Part shown: piece by piece, positions 8,841 to 18,100 of the stretch
Position numbering within the stretch: the first letter of the stretch is position 1
Layout of the letters: the number at the start of each line of letters is the position of its first letter
Made by a program: the position numbers and the translations under genes
Source: Minisyncoccota bacterium
GTDB taxonomy: Bacteria; Patescibacteriota; Minisyncoccia; Phycocordibacterales; JABMNX01
Reading direction: 5' to 3'
Length of the DNA stretch: 64,000 nt
Assembly: GCA_965222715.1 (NCBI GenBank)
Contig: OZ244961.1
Coordinates: 365,458-429,457, forward strand
Notes under the pieces: model-generated
Told to the model about the DNA's origin: nothing
Databases searched by the model: none
What the model saw: the letters and a program-made list of their open reading frames with translations, nothing else

Positions 8841-11800
8841 TTACTTATCCTCTTCGTCGTCTCCGTCTGTTGTATCAAGCTCTTCTTGGAGTTCATGAAC
8901 CATGTGAGCTTTAGGGCTCTCAGAAAAACCGGTACCTGCTGGAATAAGGCGACCAATAATAACGTTTTCTTTAAGTCCATTCAGTGCGTCTGAGCTACCA
9001 CGTACGGCTGCATTAATGAGTACTCGAGTAGTGTTTTGGAATGATGCAGCTGAAAGGAAACTTTTTCGTGAAAGTGACACTTCTGTAATACCAAGAACGA
9101 GTGGCTCAGTGGTTGGTGCTGTTTTACCTTCATCTTTAATCCGTTGTAACTCTCGGTTAAGTTCTGCCTCTTCAATAACATCTCCAGCAGCAAATACAGA
9201 ATCTTCTTGTACTTTTACCTTTCGACGTGAAAACATCTGCTTCACAATAACCTCAATGTGTTTGCGTGAGATAGTCACACCCTGAAGCTCGTAAATCTTT
9301 GTTGCTTCGTTAATGATGTACTCTTGTGCGACCTCTTTACCAGCAAACTTGAAGAGATCATTAATATCAACTGAACCGTCAGTCATAACCTCACCCTTAG
9401 TAACCGTGTCTCCTTCTTTTACATGCACTGTTCTGAGGAAGTGAGCTTGGTACTCAATATCTTTTTTCTTCGCATTTTTGCTGCTTCCCTCTGGAATGAG
9501 AATAATCACTGTTCCTTTTTCCTCTTTTCGAATTTCACCTACGGTTCCTGAGATGCGTGCAACCACGGCTGGGTGTTTTGGTGAACGTCGTTCAAATACC
9601 TCGTTCACACGTGGAAGACCGTGCGTAATGTCTCCTCCAGCTGACGCAGCACCTCCTGAGTGGAATGTACGCATAGTAAGCTGGGTACCAGGTTCACCAA
9701 TAGCTTGCGCAGCCATTGTTCCCACTGCTTCACCAAGCTCAACTGGTGCATCAGTTGACATATCAATACCATAACAGGTTTGGCAGATACCGTTTCCTGA
9801 ATTACAGGTCATTGGAGATCGAACAAACACCTCTTCTACCCCTGCTTCTTCAAGTTCATGTGCTTCTTTTTTACGGATAAGATCGCCTTTCTTATAAAGG
9901 ACGTTTCCTTTCGCATCTTTCACGTCTTCTGCAAGGTAGCGGCCTTGAATATCACGAGCGATAGATACTTCAATACCAGATGCACTCTCTTTGGTGATAC
10001 GTACACCTTCTTTACTCTTACAATCTGCTTCAACAATAATAGCGTCTTGCGCGACATCAAAGAGTCGACGAGTTAGGTACCCGGCACTTGCGGTTTGAAG
10101 CGCGGTATCTGTAAGACCTTTTCGAGAACCGTGAGTAGTGGTGAAGTACTCAATTGGAGAAAGCCCTTCTTTCATTGAAGCAATAATAGGGAACTCGATA
10201 ACCTCACCACGTGGGTTTTGAATAAGACCTTTCATACCTGCCATTTGAGAGAGCTGGCTGGTTGAACCACGAGCACCAGAGACAAGCATATCGCTCACTG
10301 AGCCATTTGGATCAAGTGAATCAGCAAGGAGTTTTTCTACTTCATTTTTTGCATTATGCCAGATCTCAACTGAGAGACGGTGTCGTTCTGTTTTTGAGAG
10401 TAGCCCCTCATTATATTGATTGATCACCTCTTCACTCTTCTTCTTAGCTGCTTCAATAATCTCATCTTTTTTCTCAGGAATAATGAGGTCAGAGAGACTC
10501 CAGGTAATACCAGAGTGTGTTGCGTAGTTAAATCCAAACTCTTTAATCTTATTAAGTATTTCAGGAATTTGATCAAGTCCGTATCGCGCAATCAAATCAT
10601 CAACAAGTGCTGACATTTTCTTGTTTGTCATCACATCATTAATGAATGGGTAGTCACTTGGAAGTACACTGTTAAAGAGTAGTCGTCCTACAGACGTTTC
10701 AAACACCTCTCCGTTAAATACCTCGTACTTTTTACTATCAGTTGGAAGTACTTTAATTCGTGCACGGAAATTAACGGCCCCGAAGTCATATGCGGTAATT
10801 GCATTATTTGGTGTTGGGAAGAATTTATCCTCACCTTTCTCACCTTCAACAATTTTAGTCATCCAGTAACATCCAAGGATAATATCTTGTCGAGCACTGG
10901 TTACCACCTCTCCAGAACCTGGCTTAAGGATATTTTTGTTTGCAGACATGATTTCCTTTGCCTCAAGTTGCGCCTCTTCAGAGAGTGGTACGTGTACTGC
11001 CATCTGGTCACCGTCGAAGTCAGCGTTAAAGGCTGAACAGACGAGTGGATGAATTTGGATCGCGTTTCCTTCAATAAGAATTGGACGGAATGCTTGAATA
11101 CCCTGGCGGTGAAGTGTCGGTGCGCGGTTAAGGAGTACGTACTTACCTTCAATTACTTCTTCAAGAATTGCCCATACTTCTGGAATACCGTCATCAATGA
11201 GTCGTCCAGCCCCACGAATGTTATATGCGAGTTCTTTTTCAAGTAATTTTGAAATAACAAATGGACGGAAGAGTTCGAGTGCCATATGTTTTGGCAGACC
11301 ACACTCATCAAGTTTAAGGTGAGGACCAACAACAATTACTGAACGTCCTGAGTAGTCCACTCGTTTACCAAGAAGATTGCCGCGGAAGTACCCCTGCTTA
11401 CCCTTAAGGTAGTCTGAGAGAGACTTGAGTGGTCGGCGTTGGTACTGGCTCATTGCTGAGAATGCAGTGTTTCCGTGACGAATTGAGTTATCAATAAGTG
11501 CATCAACTGCTTCTTGAAGAATTCGTTTCTCATTTCGAAGAATTACTTCTGGTGCGTGAATATCCTTAAGTTTCTTAAGTCGGTTGTTTCGGTTAATCAC
11601 ACGACGGTAAAGGTCGTTGATGTCGGAAGATGCATGCCGCCCACCCTCAAGCGCAACCATTGGCCGAAGCATTGGTGGGATAACCGGAATGCGCACCATA
11701 AACATCCATTCAGGTCGAACGTTTGCATTAATCATTGAGTGGATAAGTGAGAGGCGTTTATTGAGCTTTGTTCGCTCAACAGCACCAGCTTTCTCTCGTC

Positions 11801-12527
11801 TCTCTTCAAGTTCTTTTGCAAGCTTTTTAAGATCAAGATTTTTAAAAATGTTGTACACCGCTTCAGCACCAATTTCCGCTTCAAATACACCACCAAAACG
11901 AACTGAAAATGCGTGGTACGTCGCTTCATCAAGTACTGTACCCTCTTGAATACTCTCAATATCTTTCTTGGTTTGAGTAAAGAGTTCTTTTAGTTTTGTT
12001 TTTGTTTTTGAGTCAGTTGCTCCTTTTACTTTAGTCTTGTACTCGGTATCAAGGTCTTTAAGTAATCGAGCTTTCTCATCCTGAAGTACTTTCGTCACAA
12101 TGTAGCCAGCGAAGTACACCACCTTTTCAACATCACTTGCTGAAAGCCCAAGAATGAGTGCAATACGAGAAGGAATACCGCGAAGGAACCAGATATGTGA
12201 GACTGGTGTGGCAAGTTCGATGTGCCCCATTCGTTCACGTCGTACAATTGAGCGGGTTACTTCGACACCACACTTCTCACAAACAATTCCCTTAAAACGG
12301 ATGCCTCGATACTTACCACAGTAACACTCAAAGTCTTTCTCTGGACCAAAAATCTTCTCATCAAAGAGACCGTTCTTTTCAGCCCGCTGTGTTCGGTAGT
12401 TAATTGTTTCTGGTTTGGTTACCTCACCGTATGACCACGCTTCAATACGCTCAGGAGATGCGAGCTTGAGTGTGATTGCGTCAAAATCCTGCAATGTATG
12501 TGAATCTCTCTTTATCATATTACTCAT
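8841..12527 (-). CDS. rpoC: DNA-directed RNA polymerase subunit beta'
   Basis: Zn-finger ECYCGKYRGIRFKGIVCEKCGVEV, NADFDGDQMAVHVP catalytic motif, 1230+ aa. Start placed at MSNMIKRDSH, just overlapping the rpoB stop. Confidence 0.97.
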   Translation of the reverse strand: MSNMIKRDSHTLQDFDAITLKLASPERIEAWSYGEVTKPETINYRTQRAEKNGLFDEKIFGPEKDFECYCGKYRGIRFKGIVCEKCGVEVTRSIVRRERMGHIELATPVSHIWFLRGIPSRIALILGLSASDVEKVVYFAGYIVTKVLQDEKARLLKDLDTEYKTKVKGATDSKTKTKLKELFTQTKKDIESIQEGTVLDEATYHAFSVRFGGVFEAEIGAEAVYNIFKNLDLKKLAKELEERREKAGAVERTKLNKRLSLIHSMINANVRPEWMFMVRIPVIPPMLRPMVALEGGRHASSDINDLYRRVINRNNRLKKLKDIHAPEVILRNEKRILQEAVDALIDNSIRHGNTAFSAMSQYQRRPLKSLSDYLKGKQGYFRGNLLGKRVDYSGRSVIVVGPHLKLDECGLPKHMALELFRPFVISKLLEKELAYNIRGAGRLIDDGIPEVWAILEEVIEGKYVLLNRAPTLHRQGIQAFRPILIEGNAIQIHPLVCSAFNADFDGDQMAVHVPLSEEAQLEAKEIMSANKNILKPGSGEVVTSARQDIILGCYWMTKIVEGEKGEDKFFPTPNNAITAYDFGAVNFRARIKVLPTDSKKYEVFNGEVFETSVGRLLFNSVLPSDYPFINDVMTNKKMSALVDDLIARYGLDQIPEILNKIKEFGFNYATHSGITWSLSDLIIPEKKDEIIEAAKKKSEEVINQYNEGLLSKTERHRLSVEIWHNAKNEVEKLLADSLDPNGSVSDMLVSGARGSTSQLSQMAGMKGLIQNPRGEVIEFPIIASMKEGLSPIEYFTTTHGSRKGLTDTALQTASAGYLTRRLFDVAQDAIIVEADCKSKEGVRITKESASGIEVSIARDIQGRYLAEDVKDAKGNVLYKKGDLIRKKEAHELEEAGVEEVFVRSPMTCNSGNGICQTCYGIDMSTDAPVELGEAVGTMAAQAIGEPGTQLTMRTFHSGGAASAGGDITHGLPRVNEVFERRSPKHPAVVARISGTVGEIRKEEKGTVIILIPEGSSKNAKKKDIEYQAHFLRTVHVKEGDTVTKGEVMTDGSVDINDLFKFAGKEVAQEYIINEATKIYELQGVTISRKHIEVIVKQMFSRRKVKVQEDSVFAAGDVIEEAELNRELQRIKDEGKTAPTTEPLVLGITEVSLSRKSFLSAASFQNTTRVLINAAVRGSSDALNGLKENVIIGRLIPAGTGFSESPKAHMVHELQEELDTTDGDDEEDK

Positions 12528-15500
12528 TCTCTTCGTTAGTTCGTATAAGCTCGACATCAAGTGAAAGACCACGGAGGTGTTTCAAAATTACGTTAAATGA
12601 TGCTGGGGTGTGTGGGTGACTAATGCGCTCCCCTTTCACAATTGCATCAAAAGCGGCTGAACGCCCTTGAATATCGTCTGACTTAATCGTCAACATTTCA
12701 CGAAGGGTGTACGCCGCACCGTAACCAAGAAGTCCCCAGACTTCCATTTCTCCAAACCGCTGACCACCACCTTGTGCCTTACCTCCAAGCGGCTGTTGGG
12801 TAATGAGTGAGTATGGACCAATTGAACGCATGTGGATCTTGTCTTCAACCATGTGGTGGAGTTTTAGAATGTACATGTATCCAACTGCAATATCCTGGTC
12901 AAATTTTTCACCAGTACGTCCATCGCGAAGTGGAATTTTACCTGTCTTACTAAAGCCAGCTTTTTCAAGCTCCTCTTCAATTTCTTCACCGGTCGCACCA
13001 CTAAATGGTGGGACAATTGCCTGATAGTTAAGTGTGTGTGCAGCAAGCCCAAGGTGTAGTTCAAGAATTTGCCCAAGGTTCATACGGCTCGGTACACCAA
13101 GTGGTGTAAGGATAATATCTACTGGTTCCCCATCCTCTGAATACGGCATATCTTCTTCAGGAAGAATACGTGAAATAACACCCTTGTTTCCATGGCGACC
13201 CGCCATCTTATCACCAACTGAAATGCTGCGAAGCTGCGCTACTTCAACATGAATCTTTTTAATAATTCCTGAATCAAGGTCATCACCATTCTCGCGTGAG
13301 AAAATCTTTACTCCGGTCACACGGCCACGCTTACCTCCCTCAAGGCGAAGTGATGTGTCTTTTACATCTTTTGCTTTCTCACCAAAGATTGAGCGAAGTA
13401 ATCGCTCTTCTGGAGTGAGTTGTGTCTCTCCTTTTGGTGTCACCTTTCCTACTAAAATATCTCCTGGTCGCACTTCAGCACCGATACGGATCACTCCGTC
13501 TTCATCAAGATTACGAAGTTTTGTCTCACCCACATTTGGGATGTCATGTGTAGTTACCTCAGGGCCAAGCTTTGTATCACGAACACTTACACTAAATTCA
13601 TCAACGTGGATACTGGTAAAGCGACTATTCTTAACTAGACGCTCTGAAATAATAATTGCGTCTTCATAGTTAGATCCTGACCATGACATAAACGCAACGC
13701 GAATGTTTTGACCAAGTGCCGCTTGCCCTTGATCGGTTGAGAAGCTGTCAGCAAGTAGTTGACCCTTTTTCACCTTTTCTCCAACAGAAACTACTGGGCG
13801 ATGGTGCATAGCACCAAAACCATTTGTGCGAAGGAAGTTTACCATTGGGTACTCTTTCTTTTCACCTTTATGTGAAGTAACGACAATTTTTCGTGCATCA
13901 ACATACGTCACCTCTCCTGGGTCACGTGAATAAATAAGACGGCCTGAATCTCGTGCAACCTGCTCTTCAATACCTGTTGCAACAATAGGTGCTTCAGGCA
14001 TTAAACATGGCGTTGCCTGCTTCTGCATGTTTGAACCCATGAGCGCTCGACTTGCGTCATCGTGCTCAAGGAATGGGATCATTGACGGTGCAATTGAAAA
14101 CGCCTGGTTTGTCGCAACATCCATATATTCAATGTCTTCTCGTAGAACTAGTTGTGGTTCACCTGCAACACGCACTTCAACCATCTCATTTACAATAAGA
14201 CCACTTTCGTCGTACGGTGTAGCAGCATGAGCGATCTTTAACTTTTCTTCTTCAAGCGCGTTAAGGTACTCAATTTCATCAGTCACCCGTCCATCTTTAA
14301 CCTTTACATACGGTGTTTCAATAATGCCAAACTCGTTGATGCGAGCATGTGTTGAAAGGCGGAGAATAAGTCCGATGTTTGGACCCTCTGGAGTGTGGAT
14401 TGGACACACACGACCGTAGTGAGAAGTGTGTACGTCACGTACTTCAAAGCCGGCACGTTCTCTTGTAAGTCCACCTGGACCAAGCGCTGAGAGTGTGCGC
14501 AGGTGTTCAATCTCAGAAAGAATATTTTGCTGGTCCATGAACTGCGAAAGCTGGTTGGTGGTAAAGAATTCCTTAATTGACGCTTGAAGTGGTCGTGGAT
14601 TAATAAATTGAATAGGAAATGTTGTCTCTGCATCCACAGTCGACATGCGGTCTTGAATGTTTCGCTTCATGCGACTCATACCAACACGAACTTTTTGTTG
14701 AAGAAGCTCTCCAATATATCTCACCCGACGGAAACCAAGGTGGTCAATATCATCAGGAAGTGCACCCTTGGTGTTATTAAGTTCAATAATGTGAGAGACG
14801 ATGCGTACAATGTCATCAAGTGATACTGTCTGACGCGCAAGCTCTCGATCATCAATACTCATACCAAAACGCTGGTTGAAGTGTCGACGACCAACTCGTG
14901 AAAGGTCGTAGCGCTCTTCACTGAATATAGACTTAATATATTCACGCGCATTATCAGCAGTTGCGAGATCACCATCACGAAGTCGCTTGTGAATTTCAAT
15001 ATACGCCTCATCTTCGGTAGATGCTGTATCTTTATCAAACGTTGCCTCAAGTACCGCTTTAGCGTGTGGGTTATGCTTGAAGAGATCAAACATGTCTTTA
15101 TCAAACTTTGCACCCATAACTCGCAAGAGTGTAGTGACTGGGAATTTTCGCTTACGATCAATCTTCACATAGATAGCGCCATCAGCCTCTGACTCAATTT
15201 CAACCCAGGCACCGCGAGCAGGAATGATCTTTGCGCCAAAATACTGCTTACCACGCATTTCTTTAGTACTAAAAAAGACCCCAAATGAACGAGCAAGTTG
15301 GGGCACAATAATACGCTCAACACCATTAATGATAAACGTACCGTGGTCAGTCATCAGTGGGAAGTCTGCAAGAAAGATTTCCTGCTCTTTTTCACCACCT
15401 ATTGTTTTATTCTTAAGAGAAACAATTGCACGAAGAGGTGCTTCGTAGGTGAGCATATTTTTCTTTGCAAAGTATTCATCATACTTTGGCTCACCGAATT

Positions 15501-15723
15501 CAATCTTTGAAAATGTAAGATCAAATTTTTTCTCTGAGTAGTCTTTAATCGGAGAAAACTCAGTAAAGATTTCTTTTACTCCTTCTTCAATGAGTTGTCG
15601 AAATGATTCGAGTTGCGCTTCAACAAAATGAGGGTACTCAATTTTTGAATCTTTGTATCGGCTAAATTTCTTTTGCTCTTTGACTTCTAACATAGGAATG
15701 ATGAGGTAAAAATAGAAAGACAC
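12520..15723 (-). CDS. rpoB: DNA-directed RNA polymerase subunit beta
   Basis: 1067 aa; conserved blocks GRHGNKGV, LGGKAQ.GGQRFGEMEVWAL-like C-terminus (FGEMEVWGLLGYGAAYTL). Confidence 0.97.
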   Translation of the reverse strand: MSFYFYLIIPMLEVKEQKKFSRYKDSKIEYPHFVEAQLESFRQLIEEGVKEIFTEFSPIKDYSEKKFDLTFSKIEFGEPKYDEYFAKKNMLTYEAPLRAIVSLKNKTIGGEKEQEIFLADFPLMTDHGTFIINGVERIIVPQLARSFGVFFSTKEMRGKQYFGAKIIPARGAWVEIESEADGAIYVKIDRKRKFPVTTLLRVMGAKFDKDMFDLFKHNPHAKAVLEATFDKDTASTEDEAYIEIHKRLRDGDLATADNAREYIKSIFSEERYDLSRVGRRHFNQRFGMSIDDRELARQTVSLDDIVRIVSHIIELNNTKGALPDDIDHLGFRRVRYIGELLQQKVRVGMSRMKRNIQDRMSTVDAETTFPIQFINPRPLQASIKEFFTTNQLSQFMDQQNILSEIEHLRTLSALGPGGLTRERAGFEVRDVHTSHYGRVCPIHTPEGPNIGLILRLSTHARINEFGIIETPYVKVKDGRVTDEIEYLNALEEEKLKIAHAATPYDESGLIVNEMVEVRVAGEPQLVLREDIEYMDVATNQAFSIAPSMIPFLEHDDASRALMGSNMQKQATPCLMPEAPIVATGIEEQVARDSGRLIYSRDPGEVTYVDARKIVVTSHKGEKKEYPMVNFLRTNGFGAMHHRPVVSVGEKVKKGQLLADSFSTDQGQAALGQNIRVAFMSWSGSNYEDAIIISERLVKNSRFTSIHVDEFSVSVRDTKLGPEVTTHDIPNVGETKLRNLDEDGVIRIGAEVRPGDILVGKVTPKGETQLTPEERLLRSIFGEKAKDVKDTSLRLEGGKRGRVTGVKIFSRENGDDLDSGIIKKIHVEVAQLRSISVGDKMAGRHGNKGVISRILPEEDMPYSEDGEPVDIILTPLGVPSRMNLGQILELHLGLAAHTLNYQAIVPPFSGATGEEIEEELEKAGFSKTGKIPLRDGRTGEKFDQDIAVGYMYILKLHHMVEDKIHMRSIGPYSLITQQPLGGKAQGGGQRFGEMEVWGLLGYGAAYTLREMLTIKSDDIQGRSAAFDAIVKGERISHPHTPASFNVILKHLRGLSLDVELIRTNEENE

Positions 15724-15974
15724 AGCACAAAGATATGCTTCACGATTGTGAAGTATATCTTTGTGATGTAGTTGTTATTAAATTAACCTAAGAATTAATT
15801 GATTGAATTAATCAAAGGTGCTGTGTGCGTATGTTATATATGCCCTATAGCACACCACGAAACGTATGAAAAAATACTACCGATACTCAATCTACTCAGT
15901 ACAAGACGTGTAGCAGCTAGTCTACATGAGGGCTTTGATTGAGTCAAGTTTTCTTCTATGGGTGTGTGGATAAA

Positions 15975-16325
15975 TTGAAACCCCGGACGCAATCGCGCGT
16001 CCGGGGCCTCCCTGTTTTTCTTCACCCAGAGCTGCAGGGTCTTGGGCACCATGACTGTGCCACCGTAACCGAATGCGGCCTTTGGCGATCTTTCCGCCAG
16101 TTGCGCTCTTGCATGTCGCAGTTTCTCAGGCACCGAGCTGAGTCTGCAGGACAGACAAGACATCCGAATTGCAGCGCATCCGAAGCACTGCTTGCTGAGT
16201 TGCCTTCCTCCGTGCTTTCGGACTCAGTTGTTTCAGCGTGGGTGATAGTGGGCTGAAGCATTGTATTCCCCCATATTCAAAAGGTTTAGAACTGAACATT
16301 TCCTAATACGGAAATGCCTACCACA
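15975..16325 (-). ncRNA. Unidentified structured GC-rich RNA (~350 nt) between trmD and the rpoB leader
   Basis: GC content is well above flanks. Minus-strand promoter-like TTGACG-N17-TACTAT at 16330-16358. Several stable hairpins, e.g. gcagugc-uucggau-gcgcugc. Ends in a 10-bp GC hairpin (15981-16006) followed by U-rich tract on the minus strand. Only short overlapping ORFs in all frames (typical of RNA). I could not match RNase P P4, tmRNA tag or clear SRP helix-8 motifs by eye. Confidence 0.4.
15981..16006 (-). terminator. Intrinsic terminator-like hairpin (ccccggacgc/gcgtccgggg) ending the putative RNA; also T5 run on plus strand
   Basis: Perfect 10-bp GC stem with 6-nt loop. UUUCAAUUU follows on minus strand. 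Confidence 0.45.
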
Positions 16326-16374
16326 TCAGATAGTACTCCCCTATATAGCTTACGTCAAGGAATTATCCACCTTC

Positions 16375-17022
16375 TTACTTCCCTTGAGACTTCTTCTCTT
16401 TCCATTCATCAATCTTTTTATGGTGCCCTGAAAGAAGTACGTCTGGCACTCGATACTTTTTCTTTTTCCAGGTAAGCACTTCGGGTCGAGTATACACTTC
16501 ATGTGCACTTACTCGCTCTTCTTCAAGGGAACTATACTTCCCAAGCACTCCAGGAATTTGTCGAGACACAGCATCAATAATAACCGCTGCTGGTAATTCT
16601 CCTCCAGTGAGCACGTATGGTCCGATTGACACACTCTGCGCTTCTAATATCTTCTCTACTCGGGCATCAATACCTTCATAATGTCCACATAAAAAGACAA
16701 TGTGTTTGTATTTCTTTGCATAGGTTCGAGCAGTGGTGTTTGTAAACTGAGTACCACCTGGAGAGAAGAAAACCACCAGTACGTTTTTCTTTTTTCCTAT
16801 TACTTTCTCAGCCGCAAGAAGCACTGACTCAGCCTCAAGAACCATACCCGGACCACCACCATACGGCTTTTGATCAACGCGCCTGTGTATATCTTTTGTA
16901 TAGTCCCGTGGGTTATAGAAAGATATTTTTATTTTTTTATCTTTTTGTGCACGTCCAAGAATTGAGGAGTTGAGATATCCTTCAATGCTTTCTGGGAATA
17001 ATGTAACGATATGAAAATGCAT
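16375..17022 (-). CDS. trmD: tRNA (guanine37-N1)-methyltransferase
   Basis: MHFHIVTLFPE..., SPGGTQF, KPYGGGPGMVL motifs of the SPOUT TrmD family. Confidence 0.93.
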   Translation of the reverse strand: MHFHIVTLFPESIEGYLNSSILGRAQKDKKIKISFYNPRDYTKDIHRRVDQKPYGGGPGMVLEAESVLLAAEKVIGKKKNVLVVFFSPGGTQFTNTTARTYAKKYKHIVFLCGHYEGIDARVEKILEAQSVSIGPYVLTGGELPAAVIIDAVSRQIPGVLGKYSSLEEERVSAHEVYTRPEVLTWKKKKYRVPDVLLSGHHKKIDEWKEKKSQGK

Positions 17023-17025
17023 AAC

Positions 17026-17060
17026 AAAAACCGTGATGTCTCAACGATACCACGGTTTTT
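17026..17060 (-). terminator. Hairpin plus U-run between KH-protein gene and trmD (possible terminator/attenuator)
   Basis: aaaaaccgtg...cacggttttt on minus strand. Confidence 0.3.
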
Positions 17061-17085
17061 GTATTTTTCTATTCTTTAAAAACTA

Positions 17086-17406
17086 TTAGAGTTTAAGATC
17101 ATCCATCGCCTCATCAACCGTTTTTGTTGCGCCGGAACCATGTTCTCCTCGACGCATACCACCCTCTGGCTCATTAATCTTCAAGTTTACACGAGCATCG
17201 TGTTTCATTCCTACAACACGAAGGAGTGTTCGAATCGCTTTTGCAGTGTTTCCTGAACGCCCAATAATCTTTCCCATGTCATCTGGATGTACATCAAGAG
17301 TAAGGAGTACTCCCATCTCATCAACAACACGATCAATTTTTACACTGTCGGGATTATCAACAAGGGCTTTTACAACATACTCAAGAAATTCTCTGTCCTG
17401 TTCCAT
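17086..17406 (-). CDS. KH-domain RNA-binding protein (YlqC/UPF0109 family)
   Basis: GKIIGRSGNTAKAIRTLLRV KH motif (GxxG). Conserved position downstream of rpsP. Confidence 0.85.
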   Translation of the reverse strand: MEQDREFLEYVVKALVDNPDSVKIDRVVDEMGVLLTLDVHPDDMGKIIGRSGNTAKAIRTLLRVVGMKHDARVNLKINEPEGGMRRGEHGSGATKTVDEAMDDLKL

Positions 17407-17515
17407 ATCACTACATTAAAAACTAAATTAGTAATGTGAGGCAAGCCTATGCCTGATTCACATGCTTAAACTATAGAAAAAAATATCTGAGTAAACAAGG
17501 GGGTGTGAAGGATAC

Positions 17516-18025
17516 TTACTCCTTCTTCTCTTCTACTTCTTCTTTTGGCTCTCCTTCTGTTGTTTCTTCTACTTTTTCTTCTGTCTTTTCTTCTTCCTTC
17601 TCTTCTGGCTTCTCTTCTGGTTTTTCCTCCACCTTTTCCTCTTCTTTTGCTTCTTCAGTAACCTCTTTAGTATCAGCTTCTTCTCCAGCTTCTTCTACTG
17701 GCGCTTCTGTGCTCTCTTCTTCAGTCTTTTCTTCGGCTTCTTCTTTAAGGATAGGAGATTTCTTAGGGAGTACATTTTTCTTCTCTCCCTTGATCACACC
17801 CTCTTTTACAAGGAGGTTGTGTACAGTATCAGATACCTGCGCCCCATTCCCAATCCAATGTAAAATCCGCTCACCATTAAGCGTTACTGAATCGAGCTTT
17901 GGATTATAGTTTCCAAGCATCTCAACGTGATCATTTGATTTTGGACCACGCTGTGACTCGGTCACCACAACCCGAAATGACGGGTCATTTTTTCTTCCAA
18001 CTCGGGCTAATCTGATTTTTAACAT
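17516..18025 (-). CDS. rpsP: 30S ribosomal protein S16 with ~80-aa Glu/Lys-rich C-terminal extension
   Basis: MLKIRLARVGRKNDPSFRVVV... core. Tail EEKPEEKPEEKEEEKTEEKVEE. Start set at MLKIRL. Confidence 0.9.
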   Translation of the reverse strand: MLKIRLARVGRKNDPSFRVVVTESQRGPKSNDHVEMLGNYNPKLDSVTLNGERILHWIGNGAQVSDTVHNLLVKEGVIKGEKKNVLPKKSPILKEEAEEKTEEESTEAPVEEAGEEADTKEVTEEAKEEEKVEEKPEEKPEEKEEEKTEEKVEETTEGEPKEEVEEKKE

Positions 18026-18100
18026 GGACATAAATCTACCAGAAGTACCTATCGACGTCAAATATCTATGTTATACTCCAAAAACATATTAGATTGATAT

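Noticed and set aside
15834-16261. Three overlapping 79-109-aa ORFs
   Set aside because: They lie in the GC-rich putative ncRNA, are mutually exclusive, and have Arg/Cys-rich junk translations. No RBS.
17505-17909. 134-aa plus-strand ORF (SSFSSVFSSSFSSGFSS...)
   Set aside because: Antisense of the Glu/Lys-rich tail of rpsP. The poly-Ser/Phe translation is a low-complexity artefact.
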